Shown piece by piece: positions 20,818 to 30,921 of a stretch of DNA of 64,000 nt. A program made the position numbers and the translations under genes. Position 1 is the stretch's first letter; each line of letters begins with the position of its first letter. The notes beneath the pieces were generated by a model. The model was not told the DNA's origin and searched no databases. It saw only the letters and a list, made by a program, of their open reading frames with translations. Origin of the DNA: an uncultured cyanobacterium (lineage in GTDB: Bacteria; Cyanobacteriota; Cyanobacteriia; CAKZMO01); contig CAVRCJ010000015.1 of assembly GCA_963719515.1 (NCBI GenBank), forward strand, positions 64,001 to 128,000. Direction: 5' to 3'.

Positions 20818-21280
20818 CTCTACTCCCCAAATCCCAGACTCTTTACTCAGCTGCCTATAGACCGCCGACAGTCGCCCCAACAGCGATCGCCACAGCAGGC
20901 TGCGCCATGGCGTACTGTACCATGCCTCGACCTGCTGCTGACCCCACATCAATAGCCGATACATAGCGCTCAATCGTGGGTTTGTAGCGCAAGGTGACGA
21001 AGCATGCAGTACAATCGCTTAATATTGCTTAATAATTAAGAGCAAATTATTTAGCATCCAGGCCAGCTGCTCTAGCCCTACTCTTGATGGCAGTAGCTAT
21101 AGCAAAACAGCGCCCGCTGCGGCAGGCCGGGGCCATCAGCTCACTCAGTACCGCAGGGTATGCCGCAGAGTTAACAGCCTGTTTTTGAGTTTTGCTTTAC
21201 TTTGTAGAGTAGTTTCGTCTAAACCGCTTGAGATTATCACTTACTACATCTTCGCCCGTCGAGGTTTCTAAGGAATCGTA

Positions 21281-22234
21281 ATGAAGCAGCTAATTATCGC
21301 TGAACGTGCCTGTTTAGTAGGTCACCTGATATCCATGGCCTTTGGCTTGGCGGGTCTTCTATTAGTCATGCCTCACCCCGAATTTCTCCAGCAGCTTCCA
21401 GCAGGAGAAGCCATGTTTCGCTGGAGCATGGCCGGGGGAGGAGTTGTATACATTGTGCTGGGAGCAATAGCGGTGGGGCTCTACGCCTACCGTACCCTGG
21501 GCCTACAGAACCTGCTGGTTTTTCTAGTGCCCGCGATCGCCATTTCTCTAGGTAGCGAGCTGTTGGGTACCGGCACCGGCTTTCCCTTTGGGGAGTATAG
21601 CTACCTGAGCGGCTTGGGCTACAAGATTGCCGGTCGCGTGCCGTTTACGATTCCCCTGTCTTGGTTTTACCTGGGGCTATCGTCTTATCTGCTGGCCCGC
21701 AGCGGTCTTGCGCCCCGTCCCAGTGAGATAGGCTCAAAAGCCGCCAATTCCAGTGAAACCGGTGGAGTTTGGCTACGCCAGCTGGGGGCAATCTTCCTGG
21801 GCTCGCTGCTGCTCACCTCTTGGGATTTTGTTCTTGACCCAGCCATGAGCCAAACGGCAATGCCCTTCTGGTATTGGCACCAGCCCGGTCCTTTCTTCGG
21901 GATGCCCTATCAAAATTTTGCGGGCTGGCTAGGCACCGGGATCGTCTTCATCGGCATTGCGGCGCTGCTGTGGCGAGGCCGTGTTGCCATACAGCATCAA
22001 GACCAGCTCACTCTACCTTTAGTGATCTACTTAGGTAACTTTGGTTTTGCCATGGTGATGAGCATGGCGGCAGGCTTCTGGGTCCCCATCCTCTTAGGCC
22101 TTTTGCTGGGGGTGGTGCCCGCAGTGCTCTGTTGGCAGCAGTCTAAATTCAATCTCGCTGGAGGCGTTGGGGTTGAGGCTAAGACGGCCACATCGTCCCT
22201 TCCAGAGCCCGTTGGCCTGAGCGGCAGGCAGTGA
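21281..22234 (+). CDS. cruF: Carotenoid 1'-hydroxylase CruF
   Basis: SELLGT.TGFPFG.Y.Y, VPFTIPLSWFY, WDFVLDPAM and GMPYQNFAGW motifs; adjacent to a cruG-like gene. Confidence 0.88.
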   Translation: MKQLIIAERACLVGHLISMAFGLAGLLLVMPHPEFLQQLPAGEAMFRWSMAGGGVVYIVLGAIAVGLYAYRTLGLQNLLVFLVPAIAISLGSELLGTGTGFPFGEYSYLSGLGYKIAGRVPFTIPLSWFYLGLSSYLLARSGLAPRPSEIGSKAANSSETGGVWLRQLGAIFLGSLLLTSWDFVLDPAMSQTAMPFWYWHQPGPFFGMPYQNFAGWLGTGIVFIGIAALLWRGRVAIQHQDQLTLPLVIYLGNFGFAMVMSMAAGFWVPILLGLLLGVVPAVLCWQQSKFNLAGGVGVEAKTATSSLPEPVGLSGRQ

Positions 22235-22255
22235 TCGCCTTAGCGCCGCTAGTCC

Positions 22256-23452
22256 TTGGAAGCGGAACGCTCCTGGCTGAGTACTCTGGCGATGTTGCTG
22301 CTAGCGGCGCAGATTCCCATGGCGGCGGTCTTACTGTCGCGACTGCTGGAAGGGCCCAGCCGGCTGCCTCCTTTAGCGCCTCGCCCTACCCGCGCAGCGA
22401 TCGCCAATCAAGTTAGCGTTGTTGTCCCGACCCTCAACGAGGCTGAGCGCTTGTCTCCTTGTCTGGCAGGACTCTCTCAGCAGGGGGCTGAGCTGCGGGA
22501 GATTATTGTGGTAGATAGCCGGTCCACCGACGGCACGGTGGCGCTGGTCCAGGCGGCCCAGGCCGCGGAGCCCCGACTGCGGTTAATCACGGACCCCCCC
22601 CTACCTGCGGGCTGGGTAGGGCGTCCTTGGGCGCTGCACAACGGATTTCTTGAAAGCTCCGGGAAAAGCGACTGGGTGTTGGGCGTGGACGCCGACACCG
22701 CCCCGCAGCCCCAGCTGGTGGGTAGCCTCGTGCAGGCGGCGGAGCAGCGGGGCTACGACATGGTATCCCTCTCCCCCCAATTTATTCTCAGCGGACCGGG
22801 AGAGTTTTGGCTACAGCCCGCTCTACTGATGACGCTGATCTACCGGTTTGGCCCCTCAGGAAGCCGCACCGATGACCCAGCGCGGGTGATGGCCAACGGC
22901 CAATGCTTTTTGACGCGGCGATCGCTTTTGGAGCAGCTCGGCGGCTACGAAAGCGCCCGCCGCTCTTTTTGCGATGACGTTACCCTGGCGCGGCAGGCGG
23001 CGAGCGGTGGGGCCAAGGTGGGCTTTTGGGACGGCTCACGGCTTTTGAAGGTGCGGATGTACGACGGGGTTGCTGAGCTGTGGCGGGAGTGGGGGCGATC
23101 GCTCGACCTAAAGGACGCAGCCACCCCGCAGCAAACCTGGGGTGACGTGGGCTTTTTGGCGGCGGTGCAGGGCCTTCCCCTACCGACCTGCCTACTCTTT
23201 GGAGCTGCCTGGCTAGTGGGGGCGCGATCGCCCGTCTGCGGGGCGGTATTAGGCCTCAACGCAGGGCTGCTCCTAAGCCGTGTAGCGCTGCTGTGGGCAA
23301 TCGCGCCTTCCTACGACAAAGCGAACGCTAAGGGGCGCTGGGCATTCTGGCTCTCGCCGCTAGCGGATCCGCTGGCGGTGGTGCGCATCGCCCTGTCAGC
23401 GGCCCGTAGACCCAAGCAATGGCGATCGCGTCAGTACGACGAGTTTGGATGA
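22256..23452 (+). CDS. cruG: Carotenoid (myxol) glycosyltransferase CruG, GT2; start uncertain
   Basis: VVVPTLNEA, LP.GWVGRPWAL, DADT, ANGQCF, SFCDDVTLAR and EWGRSLDLKD motifs. Confidence 0.85.
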   Translation: MEAERSWLSTLAMLLLAAQIPMAAVLLSRLLEGPSRLPPLAPRPTRAAIANQVSVVVPTLNEAERLSPCLAGLSQQGAELREIIVVDSRSTDGTVALVQAAQAAEPRLRLITDPPLPAGWVGRPWALHNGFLESSGKSDWVLGVDADTAPQPQLVGSLVQAAEQRGYDMVSLSPQFILSGPGEFWLQPALLMTLIYRFGPSGSRTDDPARVMANGQCFLTRRSLLEQLGGYESARRSFCDDVTLARQAASGGAKVGFWDGSRLLKVRMYDGVAELWREWGRSLDLKDAATPQQTWGDVGFLAAVQGLPLPTCLLFGAAWLVGARSPVCGAVLGLNAGLLLSRVALLWAIAPSYDKANAKGRWAFWLSPLADPLAVVRIALSAARRPKQWRSRQYDEFG

Positions 23453-23520
23453 TACACGGGCCGCGCGGACAGAGCTGCACTCTGCTCCGTAAAACTGGAA
23501 CGTTTCAGGTCAGCAAAGCC

Positions 23521-23549
23521 AAAAAAAAAGAGGGAGATTCCTCTCCCTC
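23521..23549 (-). terminator. Intrinsic terminator
   Basis: Stem GAGGGAGA/TCTCCCTC with a 4-nt loop, followed by T9 on the minus strand, downstream of 23635-24030. Confidence 0.8.
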
Positions 23550-23634
23550 CATCGCATTCATTCACCTGTTAACCCCATCGTAATAATTGGGGCGATGGGG
23601 TGAGCTAGGGCCTGTGCCAGTCTTTCAACAGCCC

Positions 23635-24030
23635 CTAGCCCTTGCGAATGTCTTTAGCCATGTCGCGGAACATATCCATCCCTTTGTCGGGCTTGCGTCG
23701 CTCTGAAGCCGTGAAGCTGTTGGATCCTGTGGACGAATTGCTAGGGGCGCTGAATTTGGGCGTTGACGGAGTGGAAGACTGAGATGGCGCTGCGGTGGAG
23801 TCGCTGCTGCCGTTGCCCCATTTCTCGGAAGAAACCTCGCTGATGCGGGGACCGCCCTTAGGAAACGTACGCTTTATCGCCTTAGTCGTCCGCATGTAGT
23901 CAATGTCGCCATAGGTCTTAGCGGAATCGGCGTCTAGGAAATAGGCTCCGCTGTCGCCGGGAGTTGCGGTACTGCCTGCGTCGGTTTCGGCCTTTCTGGA
24001 ACCAAACAGACCTCGAATAAATCCTGTCAT
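23635..24030 (-). CDS. Conserved cyanobacterial hypothetical protein
   Basis: AYFLDADSAKTYGDIDYMR and MDMFRDMAKDIR motifs; has its own terminator. Confidence 0.75.
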   Translation of the reverse strand: MTGFIRGLFGSRKAETDAGSTATPGDSGAYFLDADSAKTYGDIDYMRTTKAIKRTFPKGGPRISEVSSEKWGNGSSDSTAAPSQSSTPSTPKFSAPSNSSTGSNSFTASERRKPDKGMDMFRDMAKDIRKG

Positions 24031-24260
24031 TGTTTTGTGAGATTGCTGAGTATGAAACGTCTGGAAAGTGCATTCGTGGGAAATGCATCAATTATTAATA
24101 AGTATTACAAATGTTAAGACTCCTGACAACGCTGTCTCAGGAAAAAACCTCAAGTTGCTCTCCGCCCGACACCACCCCAACCCGGTAGCGTCTTCAGCTG
24201 TTCGAGCGCGCGCTAGACAGAACCCCACCATCTCCCTTAAGCTTTAATGCACTCATTTAG

Positions 24261-25680
24261 CTAGTTCGTGAAAGCCCCGCGCTGTACTCGGAGAGTCAGC
24301 GTCGGGATGTAAGCGAGCGAGTCACAGACGAGCATTTCTAGGGAGTAGCACTGCCCTTCCTAGAAATGCTACAATTGAGGTATGTTGACCTTGAACTACT
24401 CCTACCGAATTTATCCGTCTCTTGAGCAGGAAGCCCGCATGGTCTGTTGGCTTGAGATTTGTCGCGGCATCTATAACTATGCGCTGCGTGAACGCAAGGA
24501 CTGGATAAAGTCGAGAAGCTGCGTAGCTAATACCTGCTCGCTTCAATCGGAGTACATCATTGCGGCAAACGCGCCATATCCCGGTTACTACGACCAAAAG
24601 CGATCGCTGACGGCTGCTAAGAGAGTGCTTCCCCACCTGAAAGAAGTGCAGTCGCAGGTTCTTCAAGACGTTATAGGGCGGGTAGAAGCAGCGTTTGCGG
24701 CTAGGAAGGAGAGAGGTCACGGTTTCCCGCGCTTCAAGAAGTTTGGACAGTACCGCTCGTTCCTCTTTCCGCAGTTCAAGGAAAACCCGGTGACGGGCAG
24801 CCAAATCAAGCTGCCTAAGCTGGGCACGATGCGCATCGTTCTGCACCGCCCTATCCCTGATGGATTCAAAGTGAAAGACGGTGCGCGTCATCAAAAAGCA
24901 TTCGGGGTGGTACGCTACCCTATGCATTCAAGCCGATGTCAATGTGCCTGATGCTGTTCCCTATGGGGAGAGTATCGGCATTGACGTAGGGCTTGAATAC
25001 TTTCTGTCCACTTCCAACGGCTTGCAGGTAGAGCGCCCGCGCTTTTTCGGTAAGCTGCACCGCAAGCTTAAATTGCTGCAACGCAGACTGAAGAATAAGC
25101 AGCGGGGCTCGAATAACCGCGCCAAGCTGATTGGAAGGATTGGACGGGTACATGAGCAGATAGCAGCATGTCGCCTTGACTGGCAATTCAAGCTGGCCCA
25201 CAAGCTGTGTGACCAAGCCCAGATCATCTTCGTAGAAGACCTTGACTTTCGCATCATGGCGAAAGGGATGCTGGGTAAACACACTCTTGATGCTGGCTTG
25301 GGGCAGTTCATAAACCAGGTCTTGCCGTGGGTGTGCTTCAAGCGCGGCGTCTATTACGGCAAGGTTGACGCTTATGGTACTTCTCAGGAGTGCCCAGACT
25401 GCGGCGCTGTGGTCAAAAAATCGTGGGGCGATCGCGTTCATCGGTGTCATGAATGTGGGTCGCTCAAGCCGAGGGATATTGCCGCTGCTCAAGTCATCAA
25501 CGCCCGTGGAATTTCGGGTATTCAAATTGCCTGTGGAGCCGAGGTAGCGGGGATGTGGGAAGCCATATCTAGCCAACTGGCCCAGAAGCAGGAAACTCAT
25601 CGGGTGACCGATGAAGCCCGCGCTCTATCCGTAGGATGTTCGCAAAGCGCTTCCGCAGGAAGAACGTCGGGAGTATTCAC
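24261..25680 (+). mobile_element. IS200/IS605 element carrying tnpB only (IS1341-like)
   Basis: TTAG at 24257-24260; left-end hairpin CCCGCGCTGTACTC-GGA-GAGTCAGCGTCGGG; right-end hairpin ending GTCGGGAGTATTCAC at 25680. Confidence 0.9.
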
Positions 25681-25693
25681 TCCGCTTATCTAA
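24382..25693 (+). pseudogene. tnpB: TnpB RNA-guided endonuclease split by a +1 frameshift near 24874-24876
   Basis: N-half has YSYRIYP and GFPRFK; C-half has IGIDVG, FVEDL, a CPDCG..CHECG zinc finger and RDIAAA. Removing one A restores FKVKTVRVIKK. Confidence 0.88.
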
Positions 25694-25775
25694 TCTGCTT
25701 TGCCGATCTGACAGCTTTGTTGCTAGATCCCCTGGGCAGCGCCTCGGCCCGCCTACCGAAACTTCTGCTACGGCT

Positions 25776-28463
25776 ATGACTGATGCGTCGACAGACAACC
25801 AACAGCTGATTGAAGGCCTGCCCGAGCGCCTGATCAAGCACACCGTGCGCTATGCCGACTACCGCCAGGTAGAGCGCGATTGCCTTACCCCCATGTTTCA
25901 GCAGTATGTCGACGTTAAGGAGCAGCATCCTAACGCCCTGCTGCTCTACCGCATCGGCGACTTCTTTGAGACCTTCTTTCAAGATGCGATTTTGGTGGCC
26001 CGTGAGCTAGAGCTAGTCTTAACCAGCAAAGAAGCCGGTAAGGCGGTAGGCCGGGTGCCCCTAGCGGGCATTCCCCACCACGCGGTGGAGCGCTATTGTG
26101 CCCAGCTCCTGGAAAAAGGCTACGCGGTCGCGATTTGCGATCAGGTGGAGACGGCTAGCGAGGCCCAAGGTAAGCTGATGCGGCGGGAGGTGACCCGGGT
26201 GGTGACCCCCGGCACGATTCTGGAAGAGGGCATGCTGGACGCCCGCCGCAACAATTTTTTGGTGGCCGTGGTGATTGCGGGGCAGCATTGGGGCTTAGCC
26301 CATGCCGATGTCTCTACCGGAGAGTTCCTCACCACCCAGTCCACGGGATTAGATCAGCTCCACCAGGAGCTGATGCGCCTGTGGCCCTCGGAGGTGCTAG
26401 TGCCCACCAACGCCCCTGACCTGGGCGGCTTCCTAAGGCCGGGTGACACCTCGGAGCAGCTGCCCGACTGCCTGCCGCCCCGATTTTGCTACACCTTTCG
26501 CCCCCAAACGCCCTTTGTCCACAGCGAGGCCCGGCAGCGGCTGCTAGAGCGCTTTCGGCTGCGATCGCTGGAGGGTTTGGGCTGTGAGCGGCTGCCCCTA
26601 GCGGTGCGGGCAGCGGGCGGGCTCCTGCAGTACTTAGAGGACACCCAAAAGCGGGTGCCGGTGCTGCTGCAGCCGGTCTTTACCTATGCCCTTACGGAAT
26701 ATTTGGTGCTCGACCACCAAACCCGCCGCAACTTGGAAATTACCCAGACGACGCGGGATGGAACCTTCCACGGCTCCCTGCTCTGGGCGATAGATCGTAC
26801 GGTGACCGCTATGGGGGGGCGATCGCTGCGGCGCTGGCTGCTGCAGCCCCTGCTAGACCTCGGCGGTATCCACGCCCGCCAAGAGACCATCCAAGAGCTG
26901 ATCGACAATGGCCCTTTGCGGCAGGCCCTGCGGCAGATGCTCAAGCAGATTTACGATTTGGAGCGGCTGACGGGGCGAGCGGGGGCGGGCACCGCCAACG
27001 CGCGGGAAATCATTGCCCTAGCCGACTCGCTCACTAGGCTCCCTGACTTGGCCGCCCTAGTGCGAGAAGCCAAGTCCCCCTACCTGGCGGCCCTACAGCT
27101 AGTGCCCCCAGATCTAGAGCATTTGGGCCACCGACTGCTGGCCCACGTCGTGGAAAGTCCGCCCATCTATCTCACCGAGGGCAACCTAATTCGCGACGGG
27201 GTCCATGACGAGCTAGACCACATGCGCCAGCAGATCGCCGACGACCAGAACTGGATCGCCACTTTAGAGGCCGTGGAGCGCGATCGCACCGGCATCAGCA
27301 CTCTCAAGGTGGGCTTTAGCAAGACCTTTGGCTACTACATCAGCGTTTCCAGGAGTAAGCTGGACCAGGTCCCTGAGAACTATGACCGCAAACAAACGCT
27401 CACCAACGAAGAGCGCTACGTTACCGCTGAGCTCAAAGAGCGGGAAGACCGGGTGATGAAGGCCCGGACCCACATCAATGCCCTAGAATACGAAATTTTC
27501 GCCCAGCTGCGGGCTGAGGTGAGCACCTACGCCGACGACATTCGCACCGTGGCCCAAAGCATCGCGGCGGTAGACGTGCTGGCAGGGCTGTCAGAGGTGG
27601 CGCTCTATCAGGGGTACTGCCGCCCGCAAATGCTCCCAAGCCGCGAGATTGGCATTGATCAAGGCCGCCATCCGGTGGTAGAGCAGTCGCTGCCCGCAGG
27701 GTTCTTCGTGCCCAACGCCACGGCAATCGGCTCTGGTACGGCAGATACGCCCAGCGATCGCGGCGTCCCCGACCTGATTATCCTGACCGGCCCCAACGCC
27801 AGCGGCAAAAGCTGCTATCTCCGGCAGGTGGGGCTGATTCAGCTTATGGCCCAAACGGGAAGCTTTGTGCCCGCGACGGCGGCCGCCTTAGGAGTATGCG
27901 ATCGCATTTTCACCCGGGTGGGCGCTGTGGACGACCTCGCCACCGGTCAGTCTACTTTCATGGTGGAGATGAACGAAACTGCGAACATCCTCAACCACGC
28001 GACGGCCAAGTCCTTGGTCTTGCTGGATGAAATTGGTCGGGGCACGGCGACTTTTGACGGCCTGTCCATCGCCTGGGCTGTGGCCGAGCACCTGGCCAGC
28101 GACATCCGCGCCCGCACCATCTTCGCCACTCACTACCACGAGCTTAACGAGCTGGCCTCTTTGGTCTCTAACGTGGCCAACTACCAAGTCACCGTCAAGG
28201 AGATGCCCGACGAGATTATCTTTTTGCATCAGGTGCGTCCCGGCGGGGCAGATCGCTCCTATGGAATTGAGGCAGGGCGGCTTGCGGGGTTACCCACCTC
28301 TGTGATTCGGCGGGCGCGGGACGTGATGCGCCAAATTGAGAAGCACTCCCACATCGCGGTGGGGCTGCGGGGCCAGTCAACCCGCAGCCGCAAGCCCCCT
28401 CAGTCGGACGATACGGAGCAGCTGGGCTTTTTTGAAGGAGGCTCTGGCGACCAAAGCGATTGA
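25776..28463 (+). CDS. mutS: DNA mismatch repair protein MutS
   Basis: [38 protein letters not shown] and SYGIEAG motifs. Confidence 0.98.
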   Translation: MTDASTDNQQLIEGLPERLIKHTVRYADYRQVERDCLTPMFQQYVDVKEQHPNALLLYRIGDFFETFFQDAILVARELELVLTSKEAGKAVGRVPLAGIPHHAVERYCAQLLEKGYAVAICDQVETASEAQGKLMRREVTRVVTPGTILEEGMLDARRNNFLVAVVIAGQHWGLAHADVSTGEFLTTQSTGLDQLHQELMRLWPSEVLVPTNAPDLGGFLRPGDTSEQLPDCLPPRFCYTFRPQTPFVHSEARQRLLERFRLRSLEGLGCERLPLAVRAAGGLLQYLEDTQKRVPVLLQPVFTYALTEYLVLDHQTRRNLEITQTTRDGTFHGSLLWAIDRTVTAMGGRSLRRWLLQPLLDLGGIHARQETIQELIDNGPLRQALRQMLKQIYDLERLTGRAGAGTANAREIIALADSLTRLPDLAALVREAKSPYLAALQLVPPDLEHLGHRLLAHVVESPPIYLTEGNLIRDGVHDELDHMRQQIADDQNWIATLEAVERDRTGISTLKVGFSKTFGYYISVSRSKLDQVPENYDRKQTLTNEERYVTAELKEREDRVMKARTHINALEYEIFAQLRAEVSTYADDIRTVAQSIAAVDVLAGLSEVALYQGYCRPQMLPSREIGIDQGRHPVVEQSLPAGFFVPNATAIGSGTADTPSDRGVPDLIILTGPNASGKSCYLRQVGLIQLMAQTGSFVPATAAALGVCDRIFTRVGAVDDLATGQSTFMVEMNETANILNHATAKSLVLLDEIGRGTATFDGLSIAWAVAEHLASDIRARTIFATHYHELNELASLVSNVANYQVTVKEMPDEIIFLHQVRPGGADRSYGIEAGRLAGLPTSVIRRARDVMRQIEKHSHIAVGLRGQSTRSRKPPQSDDTEQLGFFEGGSGDQSD

Positions 28464-29779
28464 TCTGGGGCCTGCTTTGAGACTTGTGGGGTCTGCGCCC
28501 GAGGCGATGGCCCGCTCGCATCCCCAGCGGCTTGCCCGGCCAACCAGCCTGTGGTCCAAGCGCTTTGGAAGTTGAAGCCCCCGGTAATGCCGTCAATGTC
28601 CAGTATTTCCCCTGCAAGGTAGAGGCCCGGACAGCGGCGGCTCTCCATCGTTTTGAAGTTCACCTCTGAGAGGCGCACGCCGCCGCAGGTCACAAATTCG
28701 TCCTTAAAGGTTCCTTTGCCCGCCACGGCAAACTCACCCCGTAAAAGCTGCTGTATGAGCTGGCGTAGAGCCGCCTTAGAAAACTGCGCCCACTGAGTTT
28801 TAGGGTCAGCGCCGATGCGATCGAGCAGGTAGCTCCACAGTCGTCGCGGCAGACGCTGCGCTAAAGCGGCAGGCGGCGATGCGATGGTCCGTCTTGGGGT
28901 CTGGGCTTTAGCCTCTGCAAACAGCTGCTGCACCCGCTCCTCGCTGTGGTCTGGTAGCCAGCTGACCTGCAGCTTGGTCTGATAGGCGCTGTCGTGCAGA
29001 TGACGCGCCCCCCAGGCGGAGAGCTTCAGAATTGCGGGGCCGCTGACGCCCCAGTGGGTAATGAGCAGCGGGCCCGTTTGCTTGAGGGATTTACCTTTGG
29101 GCAACCGCAGCTGCACGCAAACCGGATCGACGGCAACGCCAGCTAGGGCGTTCAGGGCCCTCTCGCGGATGTTGAGGGTGAAGAGGGACGGCACCGGTGG
29201 CTCGACGTGGTGGCCGAGCGCGCGGGCTAGAGCTTGCCCCTTGGCGCTGCTGCCGGTGGCTAAAATCACTCGGTCGGCTGTGAGCTCCGCGCTAGGTTCG
29301 GCCTTAGAACCGGCTTTAGAACCGGTTCTAAAGCCTAGGTGAAAGCGATCGCCTTGCTGAGTCAGACTGGCCACTGCCGCCCCGGTGCGCACCTCTACCC
29401 CGGCTCGCTGAGCCGATCGCTGCAGGCAGTCCACAATAGTGGCAGAATCATCGGTGACCGGAAACATCCGCCCATCTGCTTCGGTCTTGAGGCGTACGCC
29501 GCGATCGCCGAACCAATCGACAGTGTCCTGGGGCTGAAATCGACTGAAGGCTCCCCGCAGCGCCTTCCCCCCGCGAGGATAATAGGTGATGAGGCGCGCT
29601 GGGTCGAAGCAGGCGTGGGTCACATTGCAGCGTCCTCCCCCGGAGATGGCCACCTTAGCCAGGCAGCGGCGACCCGCCTCTAGCAGAACGACCCGAGCGA
29701 GGGGATGGGCTTCAGCGCAGGCGATCGCAGCAAAGAACCCCGCGGCCCCACCTCCCACTACGACAACGTTTAGCGCCAT
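28400..29779 (-). CDS. HI0933/YhiN (BaiN-like) flavoprotein
   Basis: [31 protein letters not shown] and [12 protein letters not shown] motifs. Confidence 0.92.
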   Translation of the reverse strand: MALNVVVVGGGAAGFFAAIACAEAHPLARVVLLEAGRRCLAKVAISGGGRCNVTHACFDPARLITYYPRGGKALRGAFSRFQPQDTVDWFGDRGVRLKTEADGRMFPVTDDSATIVDCLQRSAQRAGVEVRTGAAVASLTQQGDRFHLGFRTGSKAGSKAEPSAELTADRVILATGSSAKGQALARALGHHVEPPVPSLFTLNIRERALNALAGVAVDPVCVQLRLPKGKSLKQTGPLLITHWGVSGPAILKLSAWGARHLHDSAYQTKLQVSWLPDHSEERVQQLFAEAKAQTPRRTIASPPAALAQRLPRRLWSYLLDRIGADPKTQWAQFSKAALRQLIQQLLRGEFAVAGKGTFKDEFVTCGGVRLSEVNFKTMESRRCPGLYLAGEILDIDGITGGFNFQSAWTTGWLAGQAAGDASGPSPRAQTPQVSKQAPDQSLWSPEPPSKKPSCSVSSD

Positions 29780-29988
29780 GTGTCCTCTAGCTTCCTCAGT
29801 AAACGTTTACATCGTACCGAGAATCTTTAAAGATTAGGACGACGCGGTACAGCATGACCCTTGCGGGGCATACTGGTACCCTATTGAGCCGCAGAACCAA
29901 TAAGACTGCCTTACTGCCAGCAGCCTAGACCGTTTGGGCTCTAAAGGCGCTCAGTGCTAGAGCCATCTGTTGTACCATAATTTGTAAT

Positions 29989-30036
29989 GTTTTATGAAGT
30001 GCAGGTTTTATGGAATGCAGGTTTTATGGGGTGCAC
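29989..30036 (+). repeat. 16-bp imperfect tandem repeat, three copies, upstream of ebsA
   Basis: GTTTTATGAAGTGCAG / GTTTTATGGAATGCAG / GTTTTATGGGGTGCAC. Confidence 0.85.
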
Positions 30037-30085
30037 TGTAGCGCCTGTTTTAAGAATTATTGGGTACCCGTAAGAGGAGATAAGT

Positions 30086-30460
30086 ATGTCTCTTAAGGAC
30101 TTAAAGCCAGCTGCTGAACGAGACGTAAACGTCTACAGTCCCTACTACCAGGGCAGAAAGCGTAGCGCGCTGCCCTACGCCATTAGCCTCTATCAGCGCG
30201 GCAATCTCGAAGGCGATCGCCAAATTGAGGGAGGAAACAGCATTCCCTTCTTGGCGACCTGGAACGTTTCGACGCTGCCCGCTGATCTAACGCGCTGTCG
30301 GATCCGATTTGATGACAATGAGGAGCTGAGCTACGAGCTCACTCTGGCAAACTTCGAGTTTGTCGATCACCTGATCGACGTGCTGTTCAGCGTGAAATCA
30401 GCGCAGATCACAGACTTCTCTCGGTCTTTCTATCGTAAGCTGCTGCGCTACGACGATTGA
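30086..30460 (+). CDS. ebsA: Type IV pilus/biofilm-suppression protein EbsA
   Basis: VY.PYYQ..KR..LPYAISLYQ.G.LEG.R.IEGG..IPF.ATW motif; AGGAG RBS. Confidence 0.85.
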   Translation: MSLKDLKPAAERDVNVYSPYYQGRKRSALPYAISLYQRGNLEGDRQIEGGNSIPFLATWNVSTLPADLTRCRIRFDDNEELSYELTLANFEFVDHLIDVLFSVKSAQITDFSRSFYRKLLRYDD

Positions 30461-30921
30461 GGGGTCAAACTTCAGTTTAGAGACTGGAGTTTTTTGAAGA
30501 AGCTTCAGTTTCTGCCCCAAGACGAGATCTATAGAAAAAACGCCATAAACCCCATCGGCTTGAGCTGTCGTGTGTAAGGCGGTGAGCGCAGGAAACATAA
30601 GCGCATCTTACTTTAACGCCCTCAGAAACGACCAGGATGCACAGACGATAAGACGTTACGAGGTTAAGATTGAGATAGCGTTTAGAGGGATGATCTAGGT
30701 GATTTCTGCCGCCGAGCAGTAGCTTTTCGACATCAAGCTGGGTATCAATGGTCAACGGTAGGCCTCCGGACGAGGTATTTTGATCGGCGAATACCTTTAC
30801 TGCGCTCTGATCGCGTTTATGCCCCACTTCGGTGAACTTGTCAGCTGACCAGAGAACGCAGAGTATGCGCTAAGCCATCAGTTGACTTCGTTAGGTCGAC
30901 GGGCGCAAGCGCGATCGCGCC

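Noticed and set aside
24920..25600. Long antisense ORFs here and over mutS, tldD, the CocE gene and others
   Set aside because: These are shadow frames of well-supported genes in GC-rich DNA and carry no motifs.
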